The notes: a model not told the origin generated them from the letters alone. A stretch of 64,000 bases of DNA from Alphaproteobacteria bacterium (GCA_029936195.1 JAPYUH010000001.1:10741-74740), one strand, 5' to 3'; shown: positions 50,170 to 59,997, counted from the first letter of the stretch. Program-made: numbers and translations.

Positions 50170-50676
50170 CTAAAGCGACGCCGCGGCGCGTGCCGCCTGA
50201 TCGTAAAGCCCTGAAAGTACGCGCAGCATCCGCGCCGCCTCGCCGATTTCCGCGTTACCCTCGCCCAGGGCGCCGTGGCTGGAGATCAGACAGGATTCGC
50301 GAATTTCCCGGTAGCGCCCGCACAGCGCCTCGCCAGCCGCCGAGATGGCATAGAAGGTTTCCTTGCCTCGCCGGTCCGTCGCGACCAGATCCAGTTTGGA
50401 CAGCTTTTTCAGGGAATAATTCACCACATGGCTGTCTTCGATATTCAATAGGAAGCATAGATCCGACAGCCGCTTCTCCCGCTCCCGGTGATTGACCAGA
50501 TGCAGAACCAAAACGTCAAGGGCGCCCAGGCCGTCCTGCCCGGCGGCGGCGGTGCAGCGCACGATCCAACGGTGATAGGCATTTATGGCCATGTTCAAGC
50601 CAAATTCGAATTCACTCAATTCCGCCGCGTCTTCCGATACCAGATGGGCGGAGGAAACAATGGGCCGGCTGCTCAT
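50170..50676 (-). CDS. MarR-like winged-helix transcriptional regulator
   Basis: wHTH-like central region (LDVLVLHLVNHREREKRLSDLCFLLNIEDSHVVNYSLKKLSKLDLV). Confidence 0.6.
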   Translation of the reverse strand: MSSRPIVSSAHLVSEDAAELSEFEFGLNMAINAYHRWIVRCTAAAGQDGLGALDVLVLHLVNHREREKRLSDLCFLLNIEDSHVVNYSLKKLSKLDLVATDRRGKETFYAISAAGEALCGRYREIRESCLISSHGALGEGNAEIGEAARMLRVLSGLYDQAARAAASL

Positions 50677-53600
50677 GCCCCGTTCCCTTCACTGGTCCCG
50701 CCAACGATCTCTCCAACGACTTCTCCAAAGGCCCCGCTGGTGGGCGTCTGGATGACGAAGATATCCTCGGCCTCCATTTCGGTGCTGTCGCAGCCGCCTA
50801 GTTCCTCGTGGCCGCCGCCCACCCGTTCGACCCAGCAGCGGCCCGCCTCGCCGTCGCCACCGCCCGCCAGGCCATGGGGGGGGATCTTCCGCCGGGAAGA
50901 CAGGATGGAGGCGGTCATGGGGCGCAGGAAACGGATTCGCCGCAGGGTGCCCGCACCGCCATTGAACTGCCCCTTGCCGCCCGAACCGGGACGAATGGCA
51001 AAGCTGTCCAGCAGTACCGGGAACCGCCATTCCAGGATTTCCGGGTCGGTCAGGCGGGAATTGGTCATATGGGCGTGCACCGCGTCGGTGCCGTCAAAGC
51101 CCGGGCCGGCCGGCGTGCCGCTGCAAATGGTCTCGTAATATTGCAGCTCGTTGTCGCCGAAGGTGAAGTTATTCATGGTGCCTTGACAACCGGCCAATTG
51201 ACCCAGGGCGCCGAACAGACAATCGACGATGTTTTGCGAGGTTTCCACATTGCCGGCAACCACGGCGGCCGGAAACTTCGGGTTCAACATGCAATCGTCG
51301 GGAATATGCAGCTCGATCGGCTTCAGGCAACCTGAATTAAGCGGGATGTCATCCTCCACCAGGGAGCGGAAGACATACAATACGGCGGCCCGGCTGACGG
51401 CGGTCGGCGCATTGAAATTCGTGCCAAGCTGAACTGAAGTGCCGGAAAAATCGATCTTGGCGGTGCGGTCGCTGTGATTGATGGAGACCCGCACCTTGAT
51501 TTTGGAGCCGTCGTCCATGGGACATTCAAAGCTGCCTGTATTCAGGATATCGATGACCCGGCGCACGGATTCCTCAGCATTGTCCTGAACGTGCCCCATA
51601 TAGGCATGCACCACGTCCAGGCTAAAATGTTCCACCACCCGGCGCAATTCCTGCACGCCTTTTTCACAGGCCGCGATCTGCGCCTTCAGGTCGGCGATAT
51701 TGCTGTCCGGGTTACGGGAGGGGTACTTTCCCGAGGCCAAGACGGCGCGGATTTCGGCTTCCAGGAAATGCCCCCGATCGACCAGCTTGATATTGTCGAT
51801 CAGAACGCCTTCTTCCTCCACATTGCGGCTGTAGGGGGGCATGGAGCCGGGGCTGATGCCGCCGATTTCCGCGTGGTGGCCGCGGGAGGCGACATAGAAC
51901 AGCACCTTGGCCCGATCGCCCGCGTCGTCGTAGTCGAACACCGGCGTAATGACGGTGACATCGGGCAAATGGGTGCCGCCGTTATAGGGCGCGTTCAGGA
52001 CGAACACATCGCCGGGACGCATGGCGCCCGAATGCTCCCGGATCACCGCCCTGATGGATTCATCCATGCTGCCCAGATGCACCGGCATGTGCGGTGCATT
52101 GGCGATCAGCTCGCCGTTTTGGTCGAACACCGCGCAGGAGAAATCCAGCCGCTCCTTGATGTTGACCGAGTTCGTGGTTTTTTCCAGTACCAGGCCCATC
52201 TGTTCGGCGATGGACATGAACAGATTGTTGAAAATTTCCAACATCACCGGGTCCGCGTCCGTCCCCACCGCTACCCGTTTCGGCAACGGCTGGATGCGGG
52301 TGAGCACCAGATGACCCACATCGGTCAGGGCCGCCTGCCAGCCCGGTTCGATGACCGTGGTGGCGGTGTCTTCCCGCAGGATGGCGGGGCCGCTGACCTT
52401 GTCGCCAGGGCGTAGGTGATTGCGGTCGATCACTGGGGCGTCATGATAGCCCCCGCTCATATAGACCTGGACGTTGGCCAGGGGGGGAATGGTGTCGACG
52501 CGGCCGCCATTCGTGGCATCAAGGGGCAAGTCCACCGCCGGTTCGCCGGCGCCAATGGCCTCGATCGAGACGGCTTCGACCACGTGCGCCTTGGACATAT
52601 CAATAAATCCGAACTGCTGGCGGTGGGCCTCTTCAAAAGCGGCAATGATGCCCCCCTTATGGGTAAAATCCACCACCAGCGCCGTGTCCGTGCCTTGGTA
52701 GCGAAGATGCACTTTACGCAGGACCGAAATTCGGTCCCGGGATATGTCCTGTCCGTCCAGCTCCGCCAGGCCGTCGGCGGCCAATTCATCCAGCTCCGCC
52801 GAAAGCTGCGCCATCAAGGCATCGTCGAGAACCGCTTCCACCGCCCGTTCCCGCATGGCGCTGACATCGGCCAGGCCCATGCCGTAGGCCGACAGGACGC
52901 CCGCCAGGGGGTGGAGGAAAACTTGTTTCATGCCCAGTGCGTCGGCCACCAGACAGGCATGCTGTCCGCCGGCCCCGCCAAAACTGCTGAGCACGTATTC
53001 GGAAACGTCATAGCCGCGCTGGATGGAGATTTTTTTGATGGCGTTGGCCATGTTTTCCACGGCGATGGTCAGATAGCCCTCGGCAATGGCCTCCACCGGC
53101 ATGGGTTCGCGGCCCGAGCCGGCGATGTCGGCGGCCAGGGCGGTGAATTTCTCCACCACGGCGTCCCGGTTCAGGGGCTCGTCGCCATTGGGGCCGAACA
53201 CCTTGGGGAAGAAATCCGGGTTCAACTTGCCCAGCATGACATTGCAATCGGTCACCGCCAGAGGACCGCCGCGCCGGTAACAGGCGGGACCGGGATTGGC
53301 GCCGGCCGAATCGGGGCCCACGGAAAAGCGCGCGCCGTCGAAATGCAGGATCGAACCGCCGCCCGCCGCAACGGTATGGATGTGCATCATCGGCGCGCGC
53401 ACGCGCACGCCGGCGACTTCGCTCTCAAAGGCCCGTTCAAAATCGCCGGCATAATGGGAGACGTCCGTCGATGTGCCGCCCATATCAAACCCGATGATCT
53501 TTTCGAACCCGGCCATGGCGGTGGTGCGTACCGCGCCGACCACGCCGCCGGCGGGGCCGGAGAGGATGCAATCCTTGCCCTGGAACAGGCTGGCGTCGGT

Positions 53601-54332
53601 CAGGCCGCCGTTGGATTGCATGAACATCAGGCGGGCGTCGCCCAACTCTGCGGCCACCCGGTCCACATAACGGCGCAGAATGGGCGAGAGATAGGCGTCG
53701 ACCACGGTGGTGTCCCCGCGCCCGACCATTTTCATCAATGGACTGACCTGGTGGGACGTTGAAATCTGCGTGAAACCAATCTCCCCGGCAACCTCCGCCA
53801 CTGCCTTTTCGTGGGCGGTGTAGCGGTAGCCGTGAACGAAAACGATGGCGCAGGCGCGAATCCCGTCATCATAGGCCGCCTGCAGGCCAAGGCGGGCTTC
53901 TTCCAGGTCCACGGGTGCGCGCTCGTCTCCCTGGGCGGTATAGCGTCCCGTCACCTCCACCACCTGTTCGTACAGCATTTCGGGCAGTTTGACGTCGAGA
54001 TCGAACAGGCGGGGGCGGTTTTGGTAGCCGATGCGCAGGGCGTCACGGAAGCCTTTGTTGGTCACCAACAAGGTGCGGTCGCCCTTGCGTTCCAGCAAGG
54101 CATTGGTGCCCACCGTGGTGCCCATCTTGACGGAGGCGATGCGCTCCGTGGGGATCGGATCGGTCTTTGCCACGCCAAGCAGGTCCCTGATGCCCTGCAA
54201 GGCGGCGTCCGGGTATTGTTCGGGATTTTCCGACAGCAGTTTGTGGCTGAGGTAACCTGCCCCGGGCCGCCGCGCCACCACATCCGTGAAGGTGCCACCA
54301 CGGTCAATCCAGAAATCCCACTTTTCGGGCAT
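50673..54332 (-). CDS. Fused hydantoinase/oxoprolinase (HyuA-HyuB; ATP-dependent 5-oxoprolinase / N-methylhydantoinase family)
   Basis: About 1220 aa. Hydantoinase_A N-terminus (FWIDRGGTFTDVV) and a Hydantoinase_B C-terminal half. ATG at 54332 is chosen over the TTG at 54407, which lies in the AT-rich leader. Confidence 0.85.
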   Translation of the reverse strand: MPEKWDFWIDRGGTFTDVVARRPGAGYLSHKLLSENPEQYPDAALQGIRDLLGVAKTDPIPTERIASVKMGTTVGTNALLERKGDRTLLVTNKGFRDALRIGYQNRPRLFDLDVKLPEMLYEQVVEVTGRYTAQGDERAPVDLEEARLGLQAAYDDGIRACAIVFVHGYRYTAHEKAVAEVAGEIGFTQISTSHQVSPLMKMVGRGDTTVVDAYLSPILRRYVDRVAAELGDARLMFMQSNGGLTDASLFQGKDCILSGPAGGVVGAVRTTAMAGFEKIIGFDMGGTSTDVSHYAGDFERAFESEVAGVRVRAPMMHIHTVAAGGGSILHFDGARFSVGPDSAGANPGPACYRRGGPLAVTDCNVMLGKLNPDFFPKVFGPNGDEPLNRDAVVEKFTALAADIAGSGREPMPVEAIAEGYLTIAVENMANAIKKISIQRGYDVSEYVLSSFGGAGGQHACLVADALGMKQVFLHPLAGVLSAYGMGLADVSAMRERAVEAVLDDALMAQLSAELDELAADGLAELDGQDISRDRISVLRKVHLRYQGTDTALVVDFTHKGGIIAAFEEAHRQQFGFIDMSKAHVVEAVSIEAIGAGEPAVDLPLDATNGGRVDTIPPLANVQVYMSGGYHDAPVIDRNHLRPGDKVSGPAILREDTATTVIEPGWQAALTDVGHLVLTRIQPLPKRVAVGTDADPVMLEIFNNLFMSIAEQMGLVLEKTTNSVNIKERLDFSCAVFDQNGELIANAPHMPVHLGSMDESIRAVIREHSGAMRPGDVFVLNAPYNGGTHLPDVTVITPVFDYDDAGDRAKVLFYVASRGHHAEIGGISPGSMPPYSRNVEEEGVLIDNIKLVDRGHFLEAEIRAVLASGKYPSRNPDSNIADLKAQIAACEKGVQELRRVVEHFSLDVVHAYMGHVQDNAEESVRRVIDILNTGSFECPMDDGSKIKVRVSINHSDRTAKIDFSGTSVQLGTNFNAPTAVSRAAVLYVFRSLVEDDIPLNSGCLKPIELHIPDDCMLNPKFPAAVVAGNVETSQNIVDCLFGALGQLAGCQGTMNNFTFGDNELQYYETICSGTPAGPGFDGTDAVHAHMTNSRLTDPEILEWRFPVLLDSFAIRPGSGGKGQFNGGAGTLRRIRFLRPMTASILSSRRKIPPHGLAGGGDGEAGRCWVERVGGGHEELGGCDSTEMEAEDIFVIQTPTSGAFGEVVGEIVGGTSEGNGA

Positions 54333-54462
54333 GGTACCATTCCTTATGTAAATTATTTGTCGATAAAATATCAATAATTTATCTGTTAAGCAACAGTCGC
54401 TTGCCAATTGTCCGTGGGCGTCCTAAAGGGTAACGGACCGCGTTTGAGGGATAGATAGCGGC
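54333..54462. promoter_or_regulatory. AT-rich divergent promoter region between the hydantoinase operon and the djlA-like gene
   Basis: About 130 bp with local AT >65%, containing imperfect repeats (TCGATAAAATATC / AATAATTTATC). Confidence 0.4.
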
Positions 54463-55188
54463 ATGAGCATATGGAATAGAGTTGTTCGCGGCGTGGGCGG
54501 CGCCTTGGATGGACCGTTGGGCGCCCTGCTTGGCGGGCTGGCCGAGCAGGCGGCGGATACCTTGCGCCAGATCACCGGCGAGCCGGCGGAGGGCACCCAA
54601 CAGGTTGCTTTCACCATCGGCGTCATTGCCCTTGGCGCCAAGATGGCCAAGGCGGATGGCCAAGTGACCCGTGACGAGGTGGAAGCCTTCAAACAGGTCT
54701 TCAAGATTTCGCCCGAGGATATGAAGGATGTCTCCCGCGTCTTCAATCTGGCGCGCAAGGATGTCGCCGGGTTCGAGGCCTATGCTGGCCAGATTGCCGG
54801 CTTGTTCGAGCCTGGGTCGCAAACCCTGGAAGATCTGCTGCACGGCCTGTTTCACATCGCCAAGGCGGACCAGGTGGTGCTTCCCGCGGAACTGGATTAT
54901 CTCGGCAAGGTGGCGGAAATTTTTGGTTTTGATGCCGCCGATTTTTCCCGAATCCGGGCCTATCATCTGGGTCCCGACCTGGCCGACCCCTACACTATTC
55001 TGGGCATCGAGGCCGATCTCGATGAAGATGGGGTGAAGCAGGCCTGGCGCGCCTTGATCCGGGAGAACCATCCCGACCGGGCCATCGCCCGCGGCTTGCC
55101 CCAGGAATTTATCGATCTGGCGACCGAGAAGCTGGCCACCATCAATGACGCCTATGACCGGATCAGCCGGCAGCGTGGCTTTAAGTAA
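54463..55188 (+). CDS. DjlA-like co-chaperone (TerB-like domain + C-terminal J domain)
   Basis: C-terminal J domain with HPD (PYTILGIEADLDEDGVKQAWRALIRENHPDR). Central TerB-like region. No obvious N-terminal TM helix. Confidence 0.7.
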   Translation: MSIWNRVVRGVGGALDGPLGALLGGLAEQAADTLRQITGEPAEGTQQVAFTIGVIALGAKMAKADGQVTRDEVEAFKQVFKISPEDMKDVSRVFNLARKDVAGFEAYAGQIAGLFEPGSQTLEDLLHGLFHIAKADQVVLPAELDYLGKVAEIFGFDAADFSRIRAYHLGPDLADPYTILGIEADLDEDGVKQAWRALIRENHPDRAIARGLPQEFIDLATEKLATINDAYDRISRQRGFK

Positions 55189-55211
55189 GCCGTTTCAAAT
55201 AGGAGTGCGAC

Positions 55212-55424
55212 ATGAAAATCGATATCGAATATTGCATGCAATGAAACTACGAACCCAATGCCCTCCGTGCGAGGGACCGGATCATGGCAAGGCATGGCGC
55301 AGAGGTAAGTTTAACCGCATCTGGCGGCGGTAAGTTCGAAATCACCGTCGATGGCGTCCTGGCCTACTCCAAGAAAGCCGTTGGGCGCTTCCCAACCGAT
55401 GCAGAACTGGATGCGCTGGTCTAG
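55212..55424 (+). CDS. SelW/Rdx-family selenoprotein with in-frame UGA (Sec) in a CxxU motif
   Basis: AGGAG SD 6 nt upstream of the ATG. Translation is MKIDIEYCMQ-[TGA]-NYEPNALRARDRIMARHGAEVSLTASGGGKFEITVDGVLAYSKKAVGRFPTDAELDALV. The IEYCxxU and GG.FE(I/V)TVDG...SKK..GRFP blocks match the Rdx/SelW family. The TGA at 55242-55244 sits exactly at the redox-motif Sec position. Confidence 0.6.
55261..55275 (+). promoter_or_regulatory. Candidate SECIS-like hairpin downstream of the in-frame UGA
   Basis: CCCTC-CGTGC-GAGGG stem-loop beginning 17 nt after the TGA. The full structure is not verified. Confidence 0.3.
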
Positions 55425-55475
55425 ATTACGAGCACACGGCAGCTTGCAGCATGGGGCGGGGTCGCCACGCGGTCT

Positions 55476-57281
55476 TCACATTGGCGGGGCCGGGTCCAGA
55501 ATGCCTTCTTCGCAGGCCTTGATCTGCAAGGCCAGGAACTTTGAATATATGCGTATATGGGGCAGGCCGCCGGCGGTGAACCACAGGCCGGGCTGTGCCG
55601 TGCGGCGCCACATATTGCGCAATTCGCCTTCCCCATCAAAGCCCCAGACGGGCCCGATCTTCTCGGCCACCGCGTCACCCAAGGTGGCGCGGACGACCTC
55701 TTGCTGGTTCTCGTAGCCGGTCGCCGTCACCAAAAGATCGGCCGCCACGATGGTGCCGTCTTTCAAGCGGACACCTTCGGGCACGAATCTTTCGATCTGG
55801 TCATAGTGCATCAGGCCCACCTGACCATCTATGATCAGTTCCGAACAGCCCACGTTCAGACAATAGCCGCCGCCGCGGCGCAGATACTTCATCTGCAGGC
55901 CGGTATTGTCGGGCGGCCCGAGGTCGAGGCGGAAACCACGCGCCGTCAGGCCGTCGAGCAAGTCCTTGTCCGCCGCCTGCATGGCGCGGGCCATCATTTG
56001 GTAACCCTGAACCAGAACCGGGTAGGGCGACGCGGCGGCGAGGAGGTCGCAATCCTCGGTCGGCGGCCCTTCATCATACAGGGCATAGATCTTTTGCGCC
56101 TCGTCAATACTGGCGATCAGGGTGGTGCCCCGTTGGATGACGGTGACATCAACGCCGCTGGCGTGCAGATCCTGGGCCACGTCATGGCCGCTATTGCCGG
56201 TGCCCAAGACCAGGGCCTTGCGCCCCGCCCACTGATGGCCGGAAAGATAGGCGCCGGAATGCATGACGTCGCCCGCGAAGTCATCCAGGCCCGGCAGATC
56301 CGGGTGAATGGGAATGCCGCTGACCCCGGTGGCGAAGACCACGTGACGGGGATGGACAACGCGGTCACGACCATCCGCGCCGTCCAACGTGATGTCCCAC
56401 CGACCGGCGGCCTGGTCATAGGCGCCGCCGCCGAGCGAGGTGGCGGTCCATACGTTCAATTCCATGCTCTCGGCATAGGTCTCGAACCAGTTGGCCAGTT
56501 TATCCTTGGGGATATAGAGAGGCCAGTTAGGTGGAAACGGCATGTAGGGCAGATGGTTGACATGGGTCTGATTGTGCAGCGCCAGGGCGTGGTAACGCAG
56601 GCGCCAGGAATCGCCGATCCGCTCGGTCCGGTCGATGACCAGGGTATCGACGCCAAGCTGGCCCAGACAGGCGGCGATACCAAGGCCCGCTTGGGCGCCG
56701 CCAACCACCAGAACGTCCGGCTCATGCCCGGCGTAGGCTTGTGCCGTGTTCCGCAGGTCGAGCCAATTGTCGCCGCCGAATTCCCGGGAATAACCTTCCC
56801 CGTCCGGTCGGTGGGCGCCAATGCGTTCTTCATGGCCGGTGATTTGTTCCAGGGCCGTCGCCAGCACCCAGGCGCGCCAATCGTTTCCATCCCCTTCTTC
56901 ACCGTCCAAGACCAGGCGGAGGACACCATTGGCCGGTCCCGTCGCGGTCTCGAAGGCAAAAATAGCCTCGATGGTCTCGGTCCCGGCCCGGGATACCAGG
57001 CGCGGCGGCGTGCGGTGGGGGGCGATTTGAAACCCCTTGGCCTGGGTGCCGGGCTGGGTTTGCCGCAGCCTGGCCGCGATATCGTGCCGGCCGTTCATGG
57101 TCCGGATATGCCCGGTGAAGGCGACCAGGTCACGCCAGTGCCCATCGCCTAGGAATAGCCCCGCCGCGCCGTCCGCGTCTCCCGACCCCTGGGCCGTGTC
57201 GAAGGCGTCCAGCCAATCGCTGACGATTTCTGCTAATCGTTCCCCGGGCGTTGCCCCGGGTAATTCCTCGGCCAATGCCAT
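55476..57281 (-). CDS. Flavin-containing monooxygenase (FMO/Baeyer-Villiger type, FAD/NAD(P)-binding)
   Basis: Two Rossmann dinucleotide motifs (VLVVGGAQAGLG, ALVLGTGNSGHD) in a 601-aa protein with the FMO-like motif arrangement. Confidence 0.8.
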   Translation of the reverse strand: MALAEELPGATPGERLAEIVSDWLDAFDTAQGSGDADGAAGLFLGDGHWRDLVAFTGHIRTMNGRHDIAARLRQTQPGTQAKGFQIAPHRTPPRLVSRAGTETIEAIFAFETATGPANGVLRLVLDGEEGDGNDWRAWVLATALEQITGHEERIGAHRPDGEGYSREFGGDNWLDLRNTAQAYAGHEPDVLVVGGAQAGLGIAACLGQLGVDTLVIDRTERIGDSWRLRYHALALHNQTHVNHLPYMPFPPNWPLYIPKDKLANWFETYAESMELNVWTATSLGGGAYDQAAGRWDITLDGADGRDRVVHPRHVVFATGVSGIPIHPDLPGLDDFAGDVMHSGAYLSGHQWAGRKALVLGTGNSGHDVAQDLHASGVDVTVIQRGTTLIASIDEAQKIYALYDEGPPTEDCDLLAAASPYPVLVQGYQMMARAMQAADKDLLDGLTARGFRLDLGPPDNTGLQMKYLRRGGGYCLNVGCSELIIDGQVGLMHYDQIERFVPEGVRLKDGTIVAADLLVTATGYENQQEVVRATLGDAVAEKIGPVWGFDGEGELRNMWRRTAQPGLWFTAGGLPHIRIYSKFLALQIKACEEGILDPAPPM

Positions 57282-57358
57282 GATCGTCTCCTCGGCGCTA
57301 CATTTGCAAAATTATATCCAGGCCGGAAGGGATGTCCAACATCCGTCCTGGGAGGACA

Positions 57359-57811
57359 TCAATGATAGTCGCCGCCGGGATTGAAACTTTCGTCTTTCGC
57401 CAATACACCTTGGCCGGGGACGAAGTTCACCTCGACGCGAATGCCGTCGGGATCTTCACACAGAACATAATAATATCCGGGCGCCCAGGGGCCTTCCTTG
57501 GCCGGGCTGACAATATGGGCATCCATCTCCACCAGCAATGCCGCGACTGCGTCCACGTCCTCGCGGGACCGGGCGCGGAAACAGATGTGGTGCAGCCCAA
57601 CCCGGCCCTGCACGAACCGCTCGCCCGCATGTTCGGCTAGGCAGGGCTGAATGCCCAGGGCCGTGCGCGCACCCACGAAATAGCACATTTCAGACCCGTC
57701 AAAGACGCATTTCATCCCCAGGGCCGGCATCAGCGTTGCGTAAAAGGCCTTGGCCTTGTCGAACTGGCTGACGGTCAGTATGACGTGGGCCATGCCGTTG
57801 ACGGTGATCAT
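57359..57811 (-). CDS. VOC-family (glyoxalase/bleomycin-resistance/extradiol dioxygenase) protein
   Basis: 150 aa with a VOC beta-alpha-beta-beta-beta module (HVILTVSQFDKAKAFY...HICFRA). ATGA overlap with the upstream transporter gene. Confidence 0.7.
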   Translation of the reverse strand: MITVNGMAHVILTVSQFDKAKAFYATLMPALGMKCVFDGSEMCYFVGARTALGIQPCLAEHAGERFVQGRVGLHHICFRARSREDVDAVAALLVEMDAHIVSPAKEGPWAPGYYYVLCEDPDGIRVEVNFVPGQGVLAKDESFNPGGDYH

Positions 57812-58953
57812 CTTGTCCCCCCCTCGTGTTGTCGCAATAACAAGCTTACACCATAGCCGAACACCAGGCCCCAGAATGGGGCGCCCACGTTCAGGAAGGC
57901 GATGCCGGACAGGGTAACCAGAAAACTGACCAGGGCGCCCAGGGCGTGCGGCCCGCCGAACGCAGTGGTGAAGGCGCCCCGCAGCACCGCCAACATGGCC
58001 AGACCGCCGAGCAGATTAATGAAGACCGCCGGCAGGACCAGGCCCAAACCGGTGGTAAAGGGCGCAAACAAGCCGAACAAGATGGCCAGCAGGCCGAATA
58101 TGACACCCGCCATGTAGCGCTGCTCCTTCACGCCGGAGGTATTCAGAATGGCATTGGCGGGTCCCGTGACGCATGTGGGGACGGAGCCGAAGGCGCCGAA
58201 CAACAGGCTGCCCAGGCCGCAGGCCACGGTCAGATTATTTTCCGGCGGCGCAAACCCCGCCTGGCGCAGAATGACAAAACCCTGTGCATTCTGGGCCGCG
58301 ATCACCGTCACGGCCAAGGGCACCACCAGTTCGCCCAGCGCCCGCAGGGTGAACTCCGGCGTATAAATAATGGGTTGAACCAGCGTCAGCGCCGGTATCT
58401 CCACACCCGCCATCTGACCCGAGGCGACAATGACAATCGTGCCTGCGGCCAGGGCGCACAAAACGGGGGGCAACACGCGGCCCAGGCGGCGGATGGCCGT
58501 GGGAATGGCGAAGGCGGCCACCATTGCCCCGGCCATCACCGTCGCCTCGCCAAAGGCGGTGATGATGTTCAGGCCAAAGGGCAGGAAAACGGCGGCCACC
58601 ATGGCCATGACAATGGGCATGGGAATGGCCGCCATGATGCGGGTCACCAGACCACTGACGCCCAGAACGGTGAGCAGCAGGCCGCAGACCAGGCAGGCGC
58701 CCAGCACCTCGGCAAAGCTGAGATGCTGCAGGGCGCCGCCGACCAGTACGGCGCCGGGAATGGTCCACATCAAGGCGATGGGCTGGCGGAAAACATAGCT
58801 GAACACCATGGTCAGCAAGCCGCCGAAGGCAAAGGCGGCAAAGACCCAGGAGCTGATATCCTCGGGCCGCAATCCACCCTGGCGGCCCACGGCCAGGATG
58901 ATCACCACCGGGCCGGATATAGCGAACAGCCAGGCCACCAGGGCATTGACCAT
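57808..58953 (-). CDS. BenE-family (benzoate:H+ symporter-like) membrane transporter
   Basis: About 380-aa, 12-TM protein with Gly/Ala-rich helices typical of BenE. Confidence 0.55.
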   Translation of the reverse strand: MVNALVAWLFAISGPVVIILAVGRQGGLRPEDISSWVFAAFAFGGLLTMVFSYVFRQPIALMWTIPGAVLVGGALQHLSFAEVLGACLVCGLLLTVLGVSGLVTRIMAAIPMPIVMAMVAAVFLPFGLNIITAFGEATVMAGAMVAAFAIPTAIRRLGRVLPPVLCALAAGTIVIVASGQMAGVEIPALTLVQPIIYTPEFTLRALGELVVPLAVTVIAAQNAQGFVILRQAGFAPPENNLTVACGLGSLLFGAFGSVPTCVTGPANAILNTSGVKEQRYMAGVIFGLLAILFGLFAPFTTGLGLVLPAVFINLLGGLAMLAVLRGAFTTAFGGPHALGALVSFLVTLSGIAFLNVGAPFWGLVFGYGVSLLLRQHEGGTR

Positions 58954-59031
58954 TGTGTGGCGGTCAATGCCCCGGAGGCAGTCCCTTAGTCCTGGCAGGG
59001 GCCGGGGTGGTGGTTCCAGAATTGCCAGTGG

Positions 59032-59889
59032 TTACTCCGCGACGATCGGGTTGGAGAGGACACCGATGCCTTCGATCTCGATCTCGCAGACATCGCCGTC
59101 CTTCATCCAAACCTGTGGTGTTCGCGCCGCACCCACGCCGGGCGGCGTGCCCATGATGATGACGTCGCCCGGACAGAGCGTCATGGCCTCGGTCAAGGTT
59201 TCGATCACCGTTTCCACGTCAAAGATATGCTGGCCGGTATTGGAATCTTGCATGCTCTCGCCGTTCAGGCGGCATTGGATGCGCAGATCGTTGACCGGCT
59301 TGGGCAATTCGTCGGGCGTCACCAGCTCCGGTCCGAAACCGCCCGAGGCGTCGAAGTTCTTGCCCATGGTCCATTGCGGCGCCTTGAACTGATAGCTGCG
59401 GATGGAGCCGTCATTGAAGCAGGAATAGCCCGCGACGTGCGACAGGGCGTCGGCCTTGGCAATGTGCCGCCCAGCCTTGCCGATGATCACCGCCAATTCG
59501 GCTTCCCAGTCATAGTCCGAGGCCGCTTTCGGCAGGATCATGGGTGTGTTATGCGCCGCCATGGTCGTCGGCGTGCGCATGAAGATGATGGGATAGTCGG
59601 GGATATCGGCGCCGGTTTCGATGGCATGGTCGCGGTAATTCAGGCCGCAGCACAAAATTTTCGGCGGCTTGGTAACCACGGGCAGATAATTGGCGCCCGC
59701 CGCCGGGATCAACGCGTCATCATGGGCGGAAGCGGCGGCCTGACCGGCTTTATCAAGCGCGTTGGCCTCCAAAAGCGCCGTCATGTCGTTGGGCAGATCC
59801 GGCGCGGCCTTGGACAGATCCACATAGTTGTCGTCCCGGCGGACGCCGAGAATTTGCTGGCCGTTGTGTTGAAGGGTCGCGATACGCAT
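59032..59889 (-). CDS. Fumarylacetoacetate hydrolase (FAH) family protein
   Basis: FAH-fold motifs (ILCCGLNYRDHA, GTPPGVG). Confidence 0.85.
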   Translation of the reverse strand: MRIATLQHNGQQILGVRRDDNYVDLSKAAPDLPNDMTALLEANALDKAGQAAASAHDDALIPAAGANYLPVVTKPPKILCCGLNYRDHAIETGADIPDYPIIFMRTPTTMAAHNTPMILPKAASDYDWEAELAVIIGKAGRHIAKADALSHVAGYSCFNDGSIRSYQFKAPQWTMGKNFDASGGFGPELVTPDELPKPVNDLRIQCRLNGESMQDSNTGQHIFDVETVIETLTEAMTLCPGDVIIMGTPPGVGAARTPQVWMKDGDVCEIEIEGIGVLSNPIVAE

Positions 59890-59997
59890 GATGTCGGTCC
59901 GTCCTGTTTTTGCGAAGATGATTTGGCAACGTTGGGGCGCAATTTACGCCGTTGCCGGGGCAATGCATAGTGGCCAGGCAGGCGAGGAGTGGTGAAT

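Noticed and set aside
55145-55333. Track ORF of 62 aa (MTPMTGSAGSV...) overlapping the candidate selenoprotein region
   Set aside because: Out of frame relative to the SD-preceded, family-conserved SelW-like reading frame. It has no homology-like features.
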